Shown here in pieces: positions 8,374 through 17,740 of a DNA stretch of 34,269 nucleotides. The number at the start of each line of letters is the position of its first letter. Positions within the stretch are counted from its first letter, which is position 1. Source of the stretch: Candidatus Pacebacteria bacterium UBA1364 (lineage in GTDB: Bacteria; Patescibacteriota; Microgenomatia; UBA1400; PJMF01); contig DBRQ01000002.1 of NCBI GenBank assembly GCA_002306345.1, positions 69,141 to 103,409 on the forward strand, in the 5' to 3' direction. Both the position numbers and the translations under genes were made by a program. The notes under the pieces are model-generated. The model was not told the DNA's origin and ran no database searches. It saw nothing but the letters and a program-made list of their open reading frames with translations.

Positions 8374-9645
8374 ATGTTTGACAAATCATTTAAAACCATA
8401 AGAAATATCTTTCAGAAAAATAAAAACAATAAAAAATTTTGGGCGTTATTAACCTTTAATATTTTTTGCTATTTTATAGCCTTCCCATTTGGACTATTTG
8501 TTTCAGCAATGTGGTGGTTTTTTAGTACAGATAGAATCAAAAGTAAAACAAAAAAAATTGCTACTTATTCTGTTTTTGGCTTACTCTTCTTGATAACTAG
8601 CTGGGGTGTTTGGGGCTACAGCAAAGATCCTGAACCAAGTCTAAAAATTGAGAATATTGAAGATAATCAAGTTATAAAAGCTGATTCTATCGATTTGAGA
8701 GGCTCATTTGAACCATTTCATTTTAGCGTTTATGTAAATGACAAGAAAATTGATTCAGAAAATGGCAATTTTAGTTATAGTCAGCCTTTAGAAATTGGAG
8801 AAAATAAAATTGAAATCAGAGTTGCTAACTTTAAATCAGTTGAGGAAGAGCTCATAATTATTAGAGAGTTATCAGAAGAAGAAATTGCTCAACAAAAAAA
8901 TAGTGAAACTGAACCTGATAACAAGCAAGAAGAAATTGAAACATCACCTCCAAGTCCAGCAGTTTCAAACACTGCAGATAATGATCTAACAACTATAGAT
9001 AGTGAAAATGCTGAACAAAATGATCAAAACCTTTTCTTAGTAACTCGAATTATCGATGGTGACACGCTAGAAATCGAAGGTGGTGCAAAAGTAAGGCTTA
9101 TTGGTATTGATACTCCTGAATCTGGAGATTGCTATTTTAATGAGGCAAAAAATACACTCTCAAACCTAGTTTTAAACAAAAAGGTAAAACTCGAAAAAGA
9201 TGTTTCTGAAACAGATAGATATCAAAGACTCCTTCGATACATTTATCTTGATACTACATTTGTAAATGACTATCTAGTTAGTGAAGGATTTGCGAATGCA
9301 TCAAGCTACCCTCCAGATATTGCATTTCAAGAACAATTTAGACAATCAGAAAGCCAAGCTAGAAGTCAAAATAAGGGCTTATGGAACTCCTGTTCATCTC
9401 CTACTCCAATTCCAACTGTTAAACCTACAAATACAAGCTCTCAAACCACTACAGAGACATCCACACAAGACACAAGTGGCTGTGTCATTAAAGGCAACAT
9501 CTCCTATAGCACTGGTGAAAAAATTTATCATACTCCTGGACAAAGAGACTATGAAAAAACAGTAATTGATTCTAGCAGTGGCGAGAGATGGTTCTGTTCT
9601 GAATCTGAAGCACAATCGGCTGGTTGGAGAAAAGCAAAACGATAA
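8374..9645 (+). CDS. Membrane-anchored thermonuclease (SNase-like) with Ig-like domain and C-terminal Ada-like metal-binding domain
   Basis: RIIDGDT, VRLIGIDTPE, DRYQRLLRYIY; C-terminal CVIKGNIS..KIYH..RWFCSESEAQSAGWR; N-terminal TM helices. Confidence 0.88.
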   Translation: MFDKSFKTIRNIFQKNKNNKKFWALLTFNIFCYFIAFPFGLFVSAMWWFFSTDRIKSKTKKIATYSVFGLLFLITSWGVWGYSKDPEPSLKIENIEDNQVIKADSIDLRGSFEPFHFSVYVNDKKIDSENGNFSYSQPLEIGENKIEIRVANFKSVEEELIIIRELSEEEIAQQKNSETEPDNKQEEIETSPPSPAVSNTADNDLTTIDSENAEQNDQNLFLVTRIIDGDTLEIEGGAKVRLIGIDTPESGDCYFNEAKNTLSNLVLNKKVKLEKDVSETDRYQRLLRYIYLDTTFVNDYLVSEGFANASSYPPDIAFQEQFRQSESQARSQNKGLWNSCSSPTPIPTVKPTNTSSQTTTETSTQDTSGCVIKGNISYSTGEKIYHTPGQRDYEKTVIDSSSGERWFCSESEAQSAGWRKAKR

Positions 9646-9673
9646 AATTAATACTATAAACGAAAGGGTTTAT

Positions 9674-10273
9674 ATGAAAAAAGAAATACTAGTTCCAGTT
9701 CTTATATCACTGGTTGTCGGATTAATTGGAGGGTTTTTCATAGGTCAAGAATACACCAAGCAAAAGATTGTCAATTCTATTGAAGAAGCATTTTCTGACA
9801 CAAGTTCTACTGATGGTCAGAAAGCAGAAGACTCTGGAGAAATGGCTCAAGAAGTTAAAAAAATGAATAATATTAGTGTTGCAATAGGAGATACTGTAGA
9901 GCTGGCAACTTTCAAATATGTTGTAAATGATGTTGAAGAAAAAAATCTAATTAAATCAGATTATGGACAACCCCACTTGGCAACTGAAGGCACGAAATTT
10001 GTAATAGTTGATCTAACTGTTACCAATACAACCTCTGAAACATTTGAATACGATGACAATTCCCCTGTCCTTGAAGACAACAATGGAGACTTTTATAAAA
10101 CCTATTCTGACACCATTGGAAATATAGATAACTATATGGATTGGAGAGAATTAAGTCCAAATATTCCAGAAACTGGCGTGATTGTATTCCAAATTCCTGA
10201 ATCAATCGATTCTTATCAATTACTAACTGCCAAAGCAAACAGTAATGATATTTACAGAGTGGAGCTTAAGTAA
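9674..10273 (+). CDS. DUF4352-like membrane-anchored surface protein
   Basis: N-terminal TM; GTKFVIVDLTVTN...LSPNIPETGVIVFQIP; AAGGG SD before ATG 9674. Confidence 0.75.
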   Translation: MKKEILVPVLISLVVGLIGGFFIGQEYTKQKIVNSIEEAFSDTSSTDGQKAEDSGEMAQEVKKMNNISVAIGDTVELATFKYVVNDVEEKNLIKSDYGQPHLATEGTKFVIVDLTVTNTTSETFEYDDNSPVLEDNNGDFYKTYSDTIGNIDNYMDWRELSPNIPETGVIVFQIPESIDSYQLLTAKANSNDIYRVELK

Positions 10274-10312
10274 AAAAAGAAAAACACAACTCATTTTCTT
10301 TATAATTAAGAT

Positions 10313-10771
10313 ATGAGTAAAAAAAATAAGCGAGGTCGTCCTAGTGCAATAACTCCAAAAAAGTTGGCATTATTACTACACGCTTTTGATATTGGTGCAA
10401 CTGATGAAGAAGCCTGTATATCGGCACAAATTAGTACTTCTACTTTGTACAACTATCAAGCTGATAACCCTGATTTTTTGGAGGAAAAAGAGGCTCGAAA
10501 ACTCAAGCCCGTTTTATTAGCTAGGGAAATAATCTTTAATGCCCTATCAACTGGTGATGTTGGTATAGCCAAATGGTATCTGGAAAGAAAAAAGAAAAAT
10601 GAATTTGCTTCCTATGTAATAGATAACAGTCAAGAGAACCAAGAAAAAGACAGAATTAAAGAAGATCCCAGAGTATTCTCTACACTTATGGGAGCATCTG
10701 TTCGTTTACTTGAAAATATGGGCTTTGTGGTTACTCACCCAGATATTGAAATACATAAAAATCAAAACTGA
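10313..10771 (+). CDS. Phage terminase small subunit-like HTH protein
   Basis: GRPSAIT..L..AF.IGATDEEAC..AQIS.STLYNYQ...AKWYLERKKKNEF resembles HTH proteins encoded upstream of large terminases. Confidence 0.6.
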   Translation: MSKKNKRGRPSAITPKKLALLLHAFDIGATDEEACISAQISTSTLYNYQADNPDFLEEKEARKLKPVLLAREIIFNALSTGDVGIAKWYLERKKKNEFASYVIDNSQENQEKDRIKEDPRVFSTLMGASVRLLENMGFVVTHPDIEIHKNQN

Positions 10772-10824
10772 TTAGACTTACTTTCATTGTTAACAACAAT
10801 ACTAATTAAAAGTAAGATTGATAT

Positions 10825-11520
10825 GTGATTACTAATGAATATTTTGAATTTCTAATTTTTTCTGAGCTAGAGCCTGTGAAAAAAGCTATTAAGGGTTTAA
10901 AAGAAGAATTAAGCTTAAGTGGTGACAATACAGTCATTGATAATCCCATTGATGGATTTAATGGCTCTTTTACTGCCAACATCAAAATTGAAGCTCTTTA
11001 CAAATCTCTTGCTAAAAAATATCTAATAAAGCGAATAGAACATAAAAATTTTAGAAATTGTTTCAATGAGCTTTTACTCAAAGGTAAGTTTAGTGAAAAA
11101 CATTTTGGACCGATTAAAATTGACATACAGGTAAATTCGGTTACTAAGCAACCAGAAATAAAAGTTGTTGTTAGTCACCTAACTACACGAAATGACTGGA
11201 TTTTAGCCTGGCAACACATAGAAGATGCAATACTAAAATGGCAAAATACTAATTCTGATGTCGATATAAAAAATCGTCAGAGAGATTTTATTACTCGCCT
11301 TAAAATTTATAAAGCTTACCTTAGAGCAAAAAAACAGTGGAGTGATAAATTTACTTATAATGAATTTCTTCATACTGATGAGGTTATAGAATTAGCATCC
11401 AAACTAACATCTAAAGATATTAATAGTAAAAGCCTTCCCAACATACTAAAAAAATTTGAATATGAATTTTCAAATCAAGTTATTATTTCAGATGAAGAAA
11501 TTTTGATTCCTCTAAAATAG
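10825..11520 (+). CDS. Hypothetical protein
   Basis: 231-aa ORF co-oriented with its neighbours; no motif recognised. Confidence 0.65.
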   Translation: MITNEYFEFLIFSELEPVKKAIKGLKEELSLSGDNTVIDNPIDGFNGSFTANIKIEALYKSLAKKYLIKRIEHKNFRNCFNELLLKGKFSEKHFGPIKIDIQVNSVTKQPEIKVVVSHLTTRNDWILAWQHIEDAILKWQNTNSDVDIKNRQRDFITRLKIYKAYLRAKKQWSDKFTYNEFLHTDEVIELASKLTSKDINSKSLPNILKKFEYEFSNQVIISDEEILIPLK

Positions 11521-11644
11521 CAAAAAAAATTACTCCTTAAATTTTTGCTCATAAAAGTCGATTTTAAATTAGTCTTATAGATGCTATGAAGCATTTATGG
11601 ACTCAATCAGCTAGCTCTTTTCTCTCTTTTGCAAGGGGGGAAAG

Positions 11645-12304
11645 ATGAAAAATCTCAATCCCTACGCTGGAATCAAACAAATTTCGACAGGATACTATTA
11701 TTCACCTAGAGGTTTTGTCGTTAGAAATTGTTGTGAAAAAAAGCTAAATCCACTAAATTTAGGATACTTACACATTGCAATAACATCCGCAGATTGGGAT
11801 AAAGATCCATATAGATTTGGATTAATTAGACACGACATCAAGACACTGTCTATTATTTTTGGGATTCGCTATCAAACCTTACTTGATAACTTTAACAAGT
11901 TAGTTAAAAAAGGTTACCTAAAAAAAGAAAATGATGTTTTTAGAGTTGTACATTTTAAATTCTTCAAAGAAAGAGGCTTATTTGAGAAACATTATCCCAA
12001 TAATGAAATTAAGGATCGGTTATCCGAAATTTTAGTAAATTCTTCTAAAAAAATAAAGCCTCAATCCGATATTTCGGAATATAACTCGAGCAAAGCATCT
12101 AACTCCTTTAATGTTTCTTTTAAGGTTGGTAATAACCTTTCCAATAAAGATAGTTATCAATATACCCAATCAGAATGGACAAAAATTAGACTAGAAGATC
12201 CTGGCTTGCCCTCTTGGGAAGACAAACTACTCATTGATGAGTCAGTAAGTGAAGCAACTCCAATCAGATCATTTCACCAACAAGTTAAGGAGGCTTTGTA
12301 CTAA
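11645..12304 (+). CDS. Putative replication initiator (winged-helix, phage replisome-organiser-like)
   Basis: wHTH-like segment IKTLSIIFGIRYQTLLDNFNKLVKKGYLKKE followed by a low-complexity linker; located in the element core. Confidence 0.45.
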   Translation: MKNLNPYAGIKQISTGYYYSPRGFVVRNCCEKKLNPLNLGYLHIAITSADWDKDPYRFGLIRHDIKTLSIIFGIRYQTLLDNFNKLVKKGYLKKENDVFRVVHFKFFKERGLFEKHYPNNEIKDRLSEILVNSSKKIKPQSDISEYNSSKASNSFNVSFKVGNNLSNKDSYQYTQSEWTKIRLEDPGLPSWEDKLLIDESVSEATPIRSFHQQVKEALY

Positions 12305-12498
12305 TGCAACTTAGTAATGAAGCCATCACTAGCTTTCAAGAACTCTACAAAAAGAAATGCGGTATTGAACTAACTTTTGAGGAAGCCAGTACTAAGGCTC
12401 TTGAAGAATTACAAAGATTTGCTTTCATTTATCAACCAATCCCCAGAAAGGAAGTGTCTTTATACAGCAAACTTAAGGGTGTCAAAAACACCAAGTAA
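12304..12498 (+). CDS. Small helical protein upstream of the integrase (possible directionality factor or regulator)
   Basis: 64 aa, TAATG overlap with the upstream gene; function inferred from position only. Confidence 0.6.
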   Translation: MQLSNEAITSFQELYKKKCGIELTFEEASTKALEELQRFAFIYQPIPRKEVSLYSKLKGVKNTK

Positions 12499-12506
12499 AT
12501 TATAAA

Positions 12507-12592
12507 ATATCTATGGACTCATTAAACAAAGGATATAGATGCCCTCTTTGGGACAGTCCTTTGTTGATTGAGTCCACCCAGAGAGGGTTTTT
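12507..12592 (+). promoter_or_regulatory. Structured integrase leader (SD-sequestering or terminator-like stem with competing pairing)
   Basis: 12542-12552 pairs with 12577-12587, followed by TTTTT; 12514-12533 is complementary to 12557-12576 at 18/20. Confidence 0.6.
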
Positions 12593-12594
12593 AT

Positions 12595-14322
12595 ATGCAA
12601 AAAGATCTTAACTTAAAAGAATTGAAATGGGCAATTTACTGCCGAAAAAGTAGTGATACAGAAGATAAACAAATTGAGTCACTTCCCGCTCAAGAAAAAG
12701 AGTTAAAACAATTAGCCACACAACTTGGACTCAGAAATATTGTTTTTGTATACCAGGAGTCACAATCAGCCTTTCATCCAGGAAGAGTATTCTTCAATGA
12801 TTTGATGGAGAAAATAAGAGTGGGTGAAGTAAATGCTGTCTTAGTTTGGGGTGCAAATAGAATAGCCCGTAATTCAAAAGATGCAGGCAACTTCATTTAT
12901 GCTATAGATGAGGGAAAAATCAAGGCTATTAAAACCAAAGGTGGAATCTATACCAACACTCCAGAGGATAAGTTTGCCCTGAATATTGAATTCACAGTAT
13001 CAAAAAAATCTTCTGACGATCTCAGCGTTGTTGTTCACAGAGGCAACAAATACAAGTTTTTTGAAAACAAAGAGTGGTCAGGACCAGCAAAACAAGGTTT
13101 TATCAACTATACAGATCCAATCACTAAAAAAAGAGATCTTAAATTAGACAAAGATAGATTTAATCTCATTCAAAAAGCAGGTAAAAAAATTGCTAGTGGT
13201 GAATTTACGCCTTTAGAGGCTCTTGATTGGCTCAATAATGATATGGGATATCGTACTATTAGACAAAGAAAACAAGGGGGCGGACCACTTTCCAAATCAA
13301 CTTTTTACAGGATTATGGGCGATCCTTTCTACTATGGCATTATGGAACATAAAGTTGAGGGAGAAATGCAAAGCGGTAAGCATAAATATAAAATTATGTT
13401 TACTCAAGATGAATGGAACATAATTCAAATTAGACTTGGAAAAAAAAGCAGATCAAAACAAAAACAACACGACTTCCCCTTTAAGGATGTTATGAAATGT
13501 GGTGAATGTGACGGTTTTGTCACTGCTGAAGAAAAATGGCAAATTATTTGTCCAGAATGTAAAACTAAGTTTGCCAAAACCAGAAATCGAGAAAAATGCA
13601 CTAAATGTGACTTAAAAATTGAAAGAATGCGTGATCCAACAATACTTCACTACATTTATTACCACTGCACTAAAAAAGTAAACAAGAGCTGTACTCAAGG
13701 GTACTTAGAGATCGGAGAACTTGAGAAACAAGTTGATAAAGAGCTTCAGAGGTTTGAAATTGACCCCGAATTCAAGGATTGGGCTATCAACCATATCAGT
13801 GAGCTAAATGATCGAAAAGCAGATGAGGATCAACAAGCCACAGAAAGAAATACAACCAACTATGAAAACCTCAAATCAAGACTTAGAAGAATGACCAAAC
13901 ACCGCTTTTCTGAAGCTTATGAAGAATCTACCGCTGAGGAAAAAGAAATCTATGAGGAAGAGCTTGATCTACTTAAAAATCAGATTGAATCTGTTAAGGA
14001 TGCTATGCAAGTCAGCGATCAAGAACAATATGATTGGATTGAGTTATCTCGCAAAACCTTTGAGTTTGCTTGCTATTCTCGTTATTGGTTTCAAAAGGGT
14101 GACCTAAAAACTAGAACTCAAATACTTCAACTACTTGGTCAGAACCTAAAGCTCTACAATAAAGAAGTGTTGGTAGATGAGGATAATCTTTGGTGGTTAG
14201 TTGAAAAAGGCAAAAAAGAAATGGCTAAACTAGATATTCGGTTAGAACCTACGAAAAAAGCGGGTCAATCAGTCTTTAATGAACTGTTTAATCCCGCCAT
14301 TCCCACTTTGTTGCGGAACTAG
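12595..14322 (+). CDS. Large serine recombinase (integrase)
   Basis: YCRKSS catalytic Ser, NRIARN, recombinase domain, zinc ribbon CGEC...YYHC..C, coiled coil; ATG 12595 follows GAGAGGG; stop codon lies in the tRNA antisense. Confidence 0.93.
   Translation: MQKDLNLKELKWAIYCRKSSDTEDKQIESLPAQEKELKQLATQLGLRNIVFVYQESQSAFHPGRVFFNDLMEKIRVGEVNAVLVWGANRIARNSKDAGNFIYAIDEGKIKAIKTKGGIYTNTPEDKFALNIEFTVSKKSSDDLSVVVHRGNKYKFFENKEWSGPAKQGFINYTDPITKKRDLKLDKDRFNLIQKAGKKIASGEFTPLEALDWLNNDMGYRTIRQRKQGGGPLSKSTFYRIMGDPFYYGIMEHKVEGEMQSGKHKYKIMFTQDEWNIIQIRLGKKSRSKQKQHDFPFKDVMKCGECDGFVTAEEKWQIICPECKTKFAKTRNREKCTKCDLKIERMRDPTILHYIYYHCTKKVNKSCTQGYLEIGELEKQVDKELQRFEIDPEFKDWAINHISELNDRKADEDQQATERNTTNYENLKSRLRRMTKHRFSEAYEESTAEEKEIYEEELDLLKNQIESVKDAMQVSDQEQYDWIELSRKTFEFACYSRYWFQKGDLKTRTQILQLLGQNLKLYNKEVLVDEDNLWWLVEKGKKEMAKLDIRLEPTKKAGQSVFNELFNPAIPTLLRN
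14307..14317 (+). repeat. Right attachment-site core TTTGTTGCGGA
   Basis: Overlaps the tRNA 3' end and the last integrase codons. Confidence 0.85.
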
Positions 14323-14379
14323 GAGTCGAACCTAGTCTGTGGGATTATGAGCCCCACGTGCACCGTACACTATCCCGCG
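14311..14379 (-). tRNA. tRNA-Met(CAT), initiator type
   Basis: CGCGGGA TA GTGT ACGGT GCAC G TGGGG CT CAT AA TCCCA CAGA CTAGG TTCGACT CCTAG TTCCGCA A; C1:A72 mismatch, G-rich anticodon stem, no encoded CCA. Confidence 0.88.
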
Positions 14380-14464
14380 TGTGTAGGCTGGTATTATAAC
14401 AAAATAAGCTAGCATAATCAAGCAAGCTGCGTTAAAATACAATCCACGACAAACTGTGTTGCAA

Positions 14465-14539
14465 GGCGGGATAGCTCAGCTGGTTTAGAGCATCGGATTC
14501 ATAAACCGAAGGTCCTGAGTTCGAATCTCAGTCCCGCTA
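14465..14539 (+). tRNA. tRNA-Met(CAT), probably elongator
   Basis: GGCGGGA TA GCTC AGCTGGTTTA GAGC A TCGGA TT CAT AA ACCGA AGGTC CTGAG TTCGAAT CTCAG TCCCGCT A; Ile2 not excluded. Confidence 0.9.
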
Positions 14540-14615
14540 CTTTAAAGTTTTTACTCTACAACACTACTCATCCTAATTCCCACAATTTATTCTTAATTTA
14601 GAATTAAGGAGTTGA

Positions 14616-14773
14616 ATGATGATTAAATATAAACCAATCTAAATTCGGTGAAATTTTTCTAGTTAGATTTCATCCTGCCTCTGGCAAAGAGGTTGACAGA
14701 AAAAATCGGCATATTATCAAAAGAAGATATTAGGCTTTGAAAAACCAACCTCTCACAATTATTTAAAGACTAA
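14616..14773 (+). pseudogene. PemK/MazF toxin remnant
   Basis: AAGGAG SD and ATG 14616; frameshifted pieces KFGEIFLVRFHPASGKE and RLTEKIGILSKED match the MazF N- and C-terminal motifs, with the middle missing. Confidence 0.7.
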
Positions 14774-14806
14774 ACAAAAAGGGCTCACAAAGAGCCCTTT
14801 TTGTTT
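14772..14806. terminator. Bidirectional intrinsic terminator downstream of groEL
   Basis: AAACAAAAAGGGCTC-ACAAA-GAGCCCTTTTTGTTT, perfect 15-bp inverted repeat. Confidence 0.88.
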
Positions 14807-14835
14807 GATAAAAAACCATCAGAAACATTATTTGT

Positions 14836-16506
<1,671 letters not shown>

Positions 16507-16605
16507 TTAAAGAAGAGATTTGTGTGGGCGACGCAATAGCGAAAAATGAACTTGCTCCTTTCTTTTTTATTTTTTGTCTTTTATTAACTATTAAACTATT
16601 AACTA

Positions 16606-16992
16606 TTAATTATTAATTACGGCCAAGATGTCTTCGAATTTTAAAAATTGATATTCAATATCATCAATTTTAAATTCGTTCCCACCCCATTTTTTATAAA
16701 TAACTTTATCGCCAACTTTGACTGGAGCGCTGCCACATGAACAAGTGTCATCGCAGCAAGAATCAGTCTTTTTTACAGTTTTACTTTTTTTAGTTGTTGT
16801 CTCTTGATCACCCTCTTTGCAATCGCAAGAGCATTCAGCCGAACCAACAGCCAAAACCGTTCCGTGCTGAGGTTTTTCATTCTCATTCTCTGGCAAAATA
16901 ATTCCTGAAGCAGTTTTTGCATCTGCTTTAGCTGGCTCAACTAAAACGTAACCTCTAGTGGGTTGAATTTTTTTAACATTCAAATCTTGCAT
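16606..16992 (-). CDS. groES: Co-chaperonin GroES with Cys-rich insertion
   Basis: KTASGIILP mobile loop, GTVLAVG, VKVGDKVIY, EDILA; AAGGG SD before ATG 16992. Confidence 0.95.
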   Translation of the reverse strand: MQDLNVKKIQPTRGYVLVEPAKADAKTASGIILPENENEKPQHGTVLAVGSAECSCDCKEGDQETTTKKSKTVKKTDSCCDDTCSCGSAPVKVGDKVIYKKWGGNEFKIDDIEYQFLKFEDILAVINN

Positions 16993-17079
16993 AATTTTCC
17001 CTTTCATTAGCTAAAGTTTATTTTTCTAATTCACAATCATAAATGCTAACTGGCGAAAATTTAACACAAAAATTTATTA

Positions 17080-17106
17080 TTAGCAATAAGCATTATTGAT
17101 TGCTAA
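17080..17106. promoter_or_regulatory. CIRCE-like HrcA operator
   Basis: Minus strand TTAGCAATC-N9-TATTGCTAA versus consensus TTAGCACTC-N9-GAGTGCTAA, upstream of groES. Confidence 0.8.
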
Positions 17107-17339
17107 TTTAAGCTAACTATTTTATGAAGGGTACAATGACTAATTAGAAAAGCAGTCTGCAACCGATGAATAGAAAGCTTTCGAGCTTCATCTTTAAAAA
17201 CAAGTTCTCTATTGGTAAACATTGTTTTACCTTCTGTGCGCTCTATACACCAGTCTTCTTTAGCAGAAAAGTTGCGAAAACTAGTCCAGAAATTTTTGAG
17301 TTTAATTGGACCAAGACCGCTGCCAGTTTACAATTACAA

Positions 17340-17708
17340 TTAGCTTGCTAACCCAGCAACTCCATAAAATAAAGCGTTAATGAGCGGCATAACTTTGCGT
17401 AAATCCATGGCCATCTGCATTGACAACTGTATTGACTCCTGATCCAGCTTCACACCTTCGATACTAAAGTTGGAATTATCCACAAAAGTTTGTAACAATG
17501 TATCAAAAATGGCTTTATTTTCTTTGACAAATAAATCACGCTCGACTTTTTTCTTAAGCATCAATTTTTCCAAATACAAAACAATTTGCCTCATTTCCCG
17601 AGCACGTAAATAAAGGCTAAATTTTAAATCTGCCGTATCATCAAACAAGTCATTTGTTTGAAAATCTAAGGCTTCTAAAATTTGCTGACGATTGTTATGT
17701 TTTGGCAT
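17340..17708 (-). CDS. Hypothetical helical protein
   Basis: 122-aa ATG ORF filling the gap before the tsaC fusion. Confidence 0.65.
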   Translation of the reverse strand: MPKHNNRQQILEALDFQTNDLFDDTADLKFSLYLRAREMRQIVLYLEKLMLKKKVERDLFVKENKAIFDTLLQTFVDNSNFSIEGVKLDQESIQLSMQMAMDLRKVMPLINALFYGVAGLAS

Positions 17709-17740
17709 TATAATATTGACCTATTATCTTACAAAATAAT

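Larger units (their letters stand above)
6667..14317. mobile_element. Integrative element (phage-satellite-like), 7,640-bp excisable unit inserted at the 3' end of initiator-type tRNA-Met
   Basis: Direct repeats TTTGTTGCGGA at 6667-6677 and 14307-14317; large serine recombinase at the right end; TerS-like and Rep-like genes inside. Confidence 0.88.

Noticed and set aside
12023-12078. TCCGA(A/T)AT copies in the rep-like gene as possible iterons
   Set aside because: Only three short copies, two overlapping; too weak to call an origin
16584-16608. Short tandem AACTATT repeats after groES
   Set aside because: Low-complexity, three copies, no spacers
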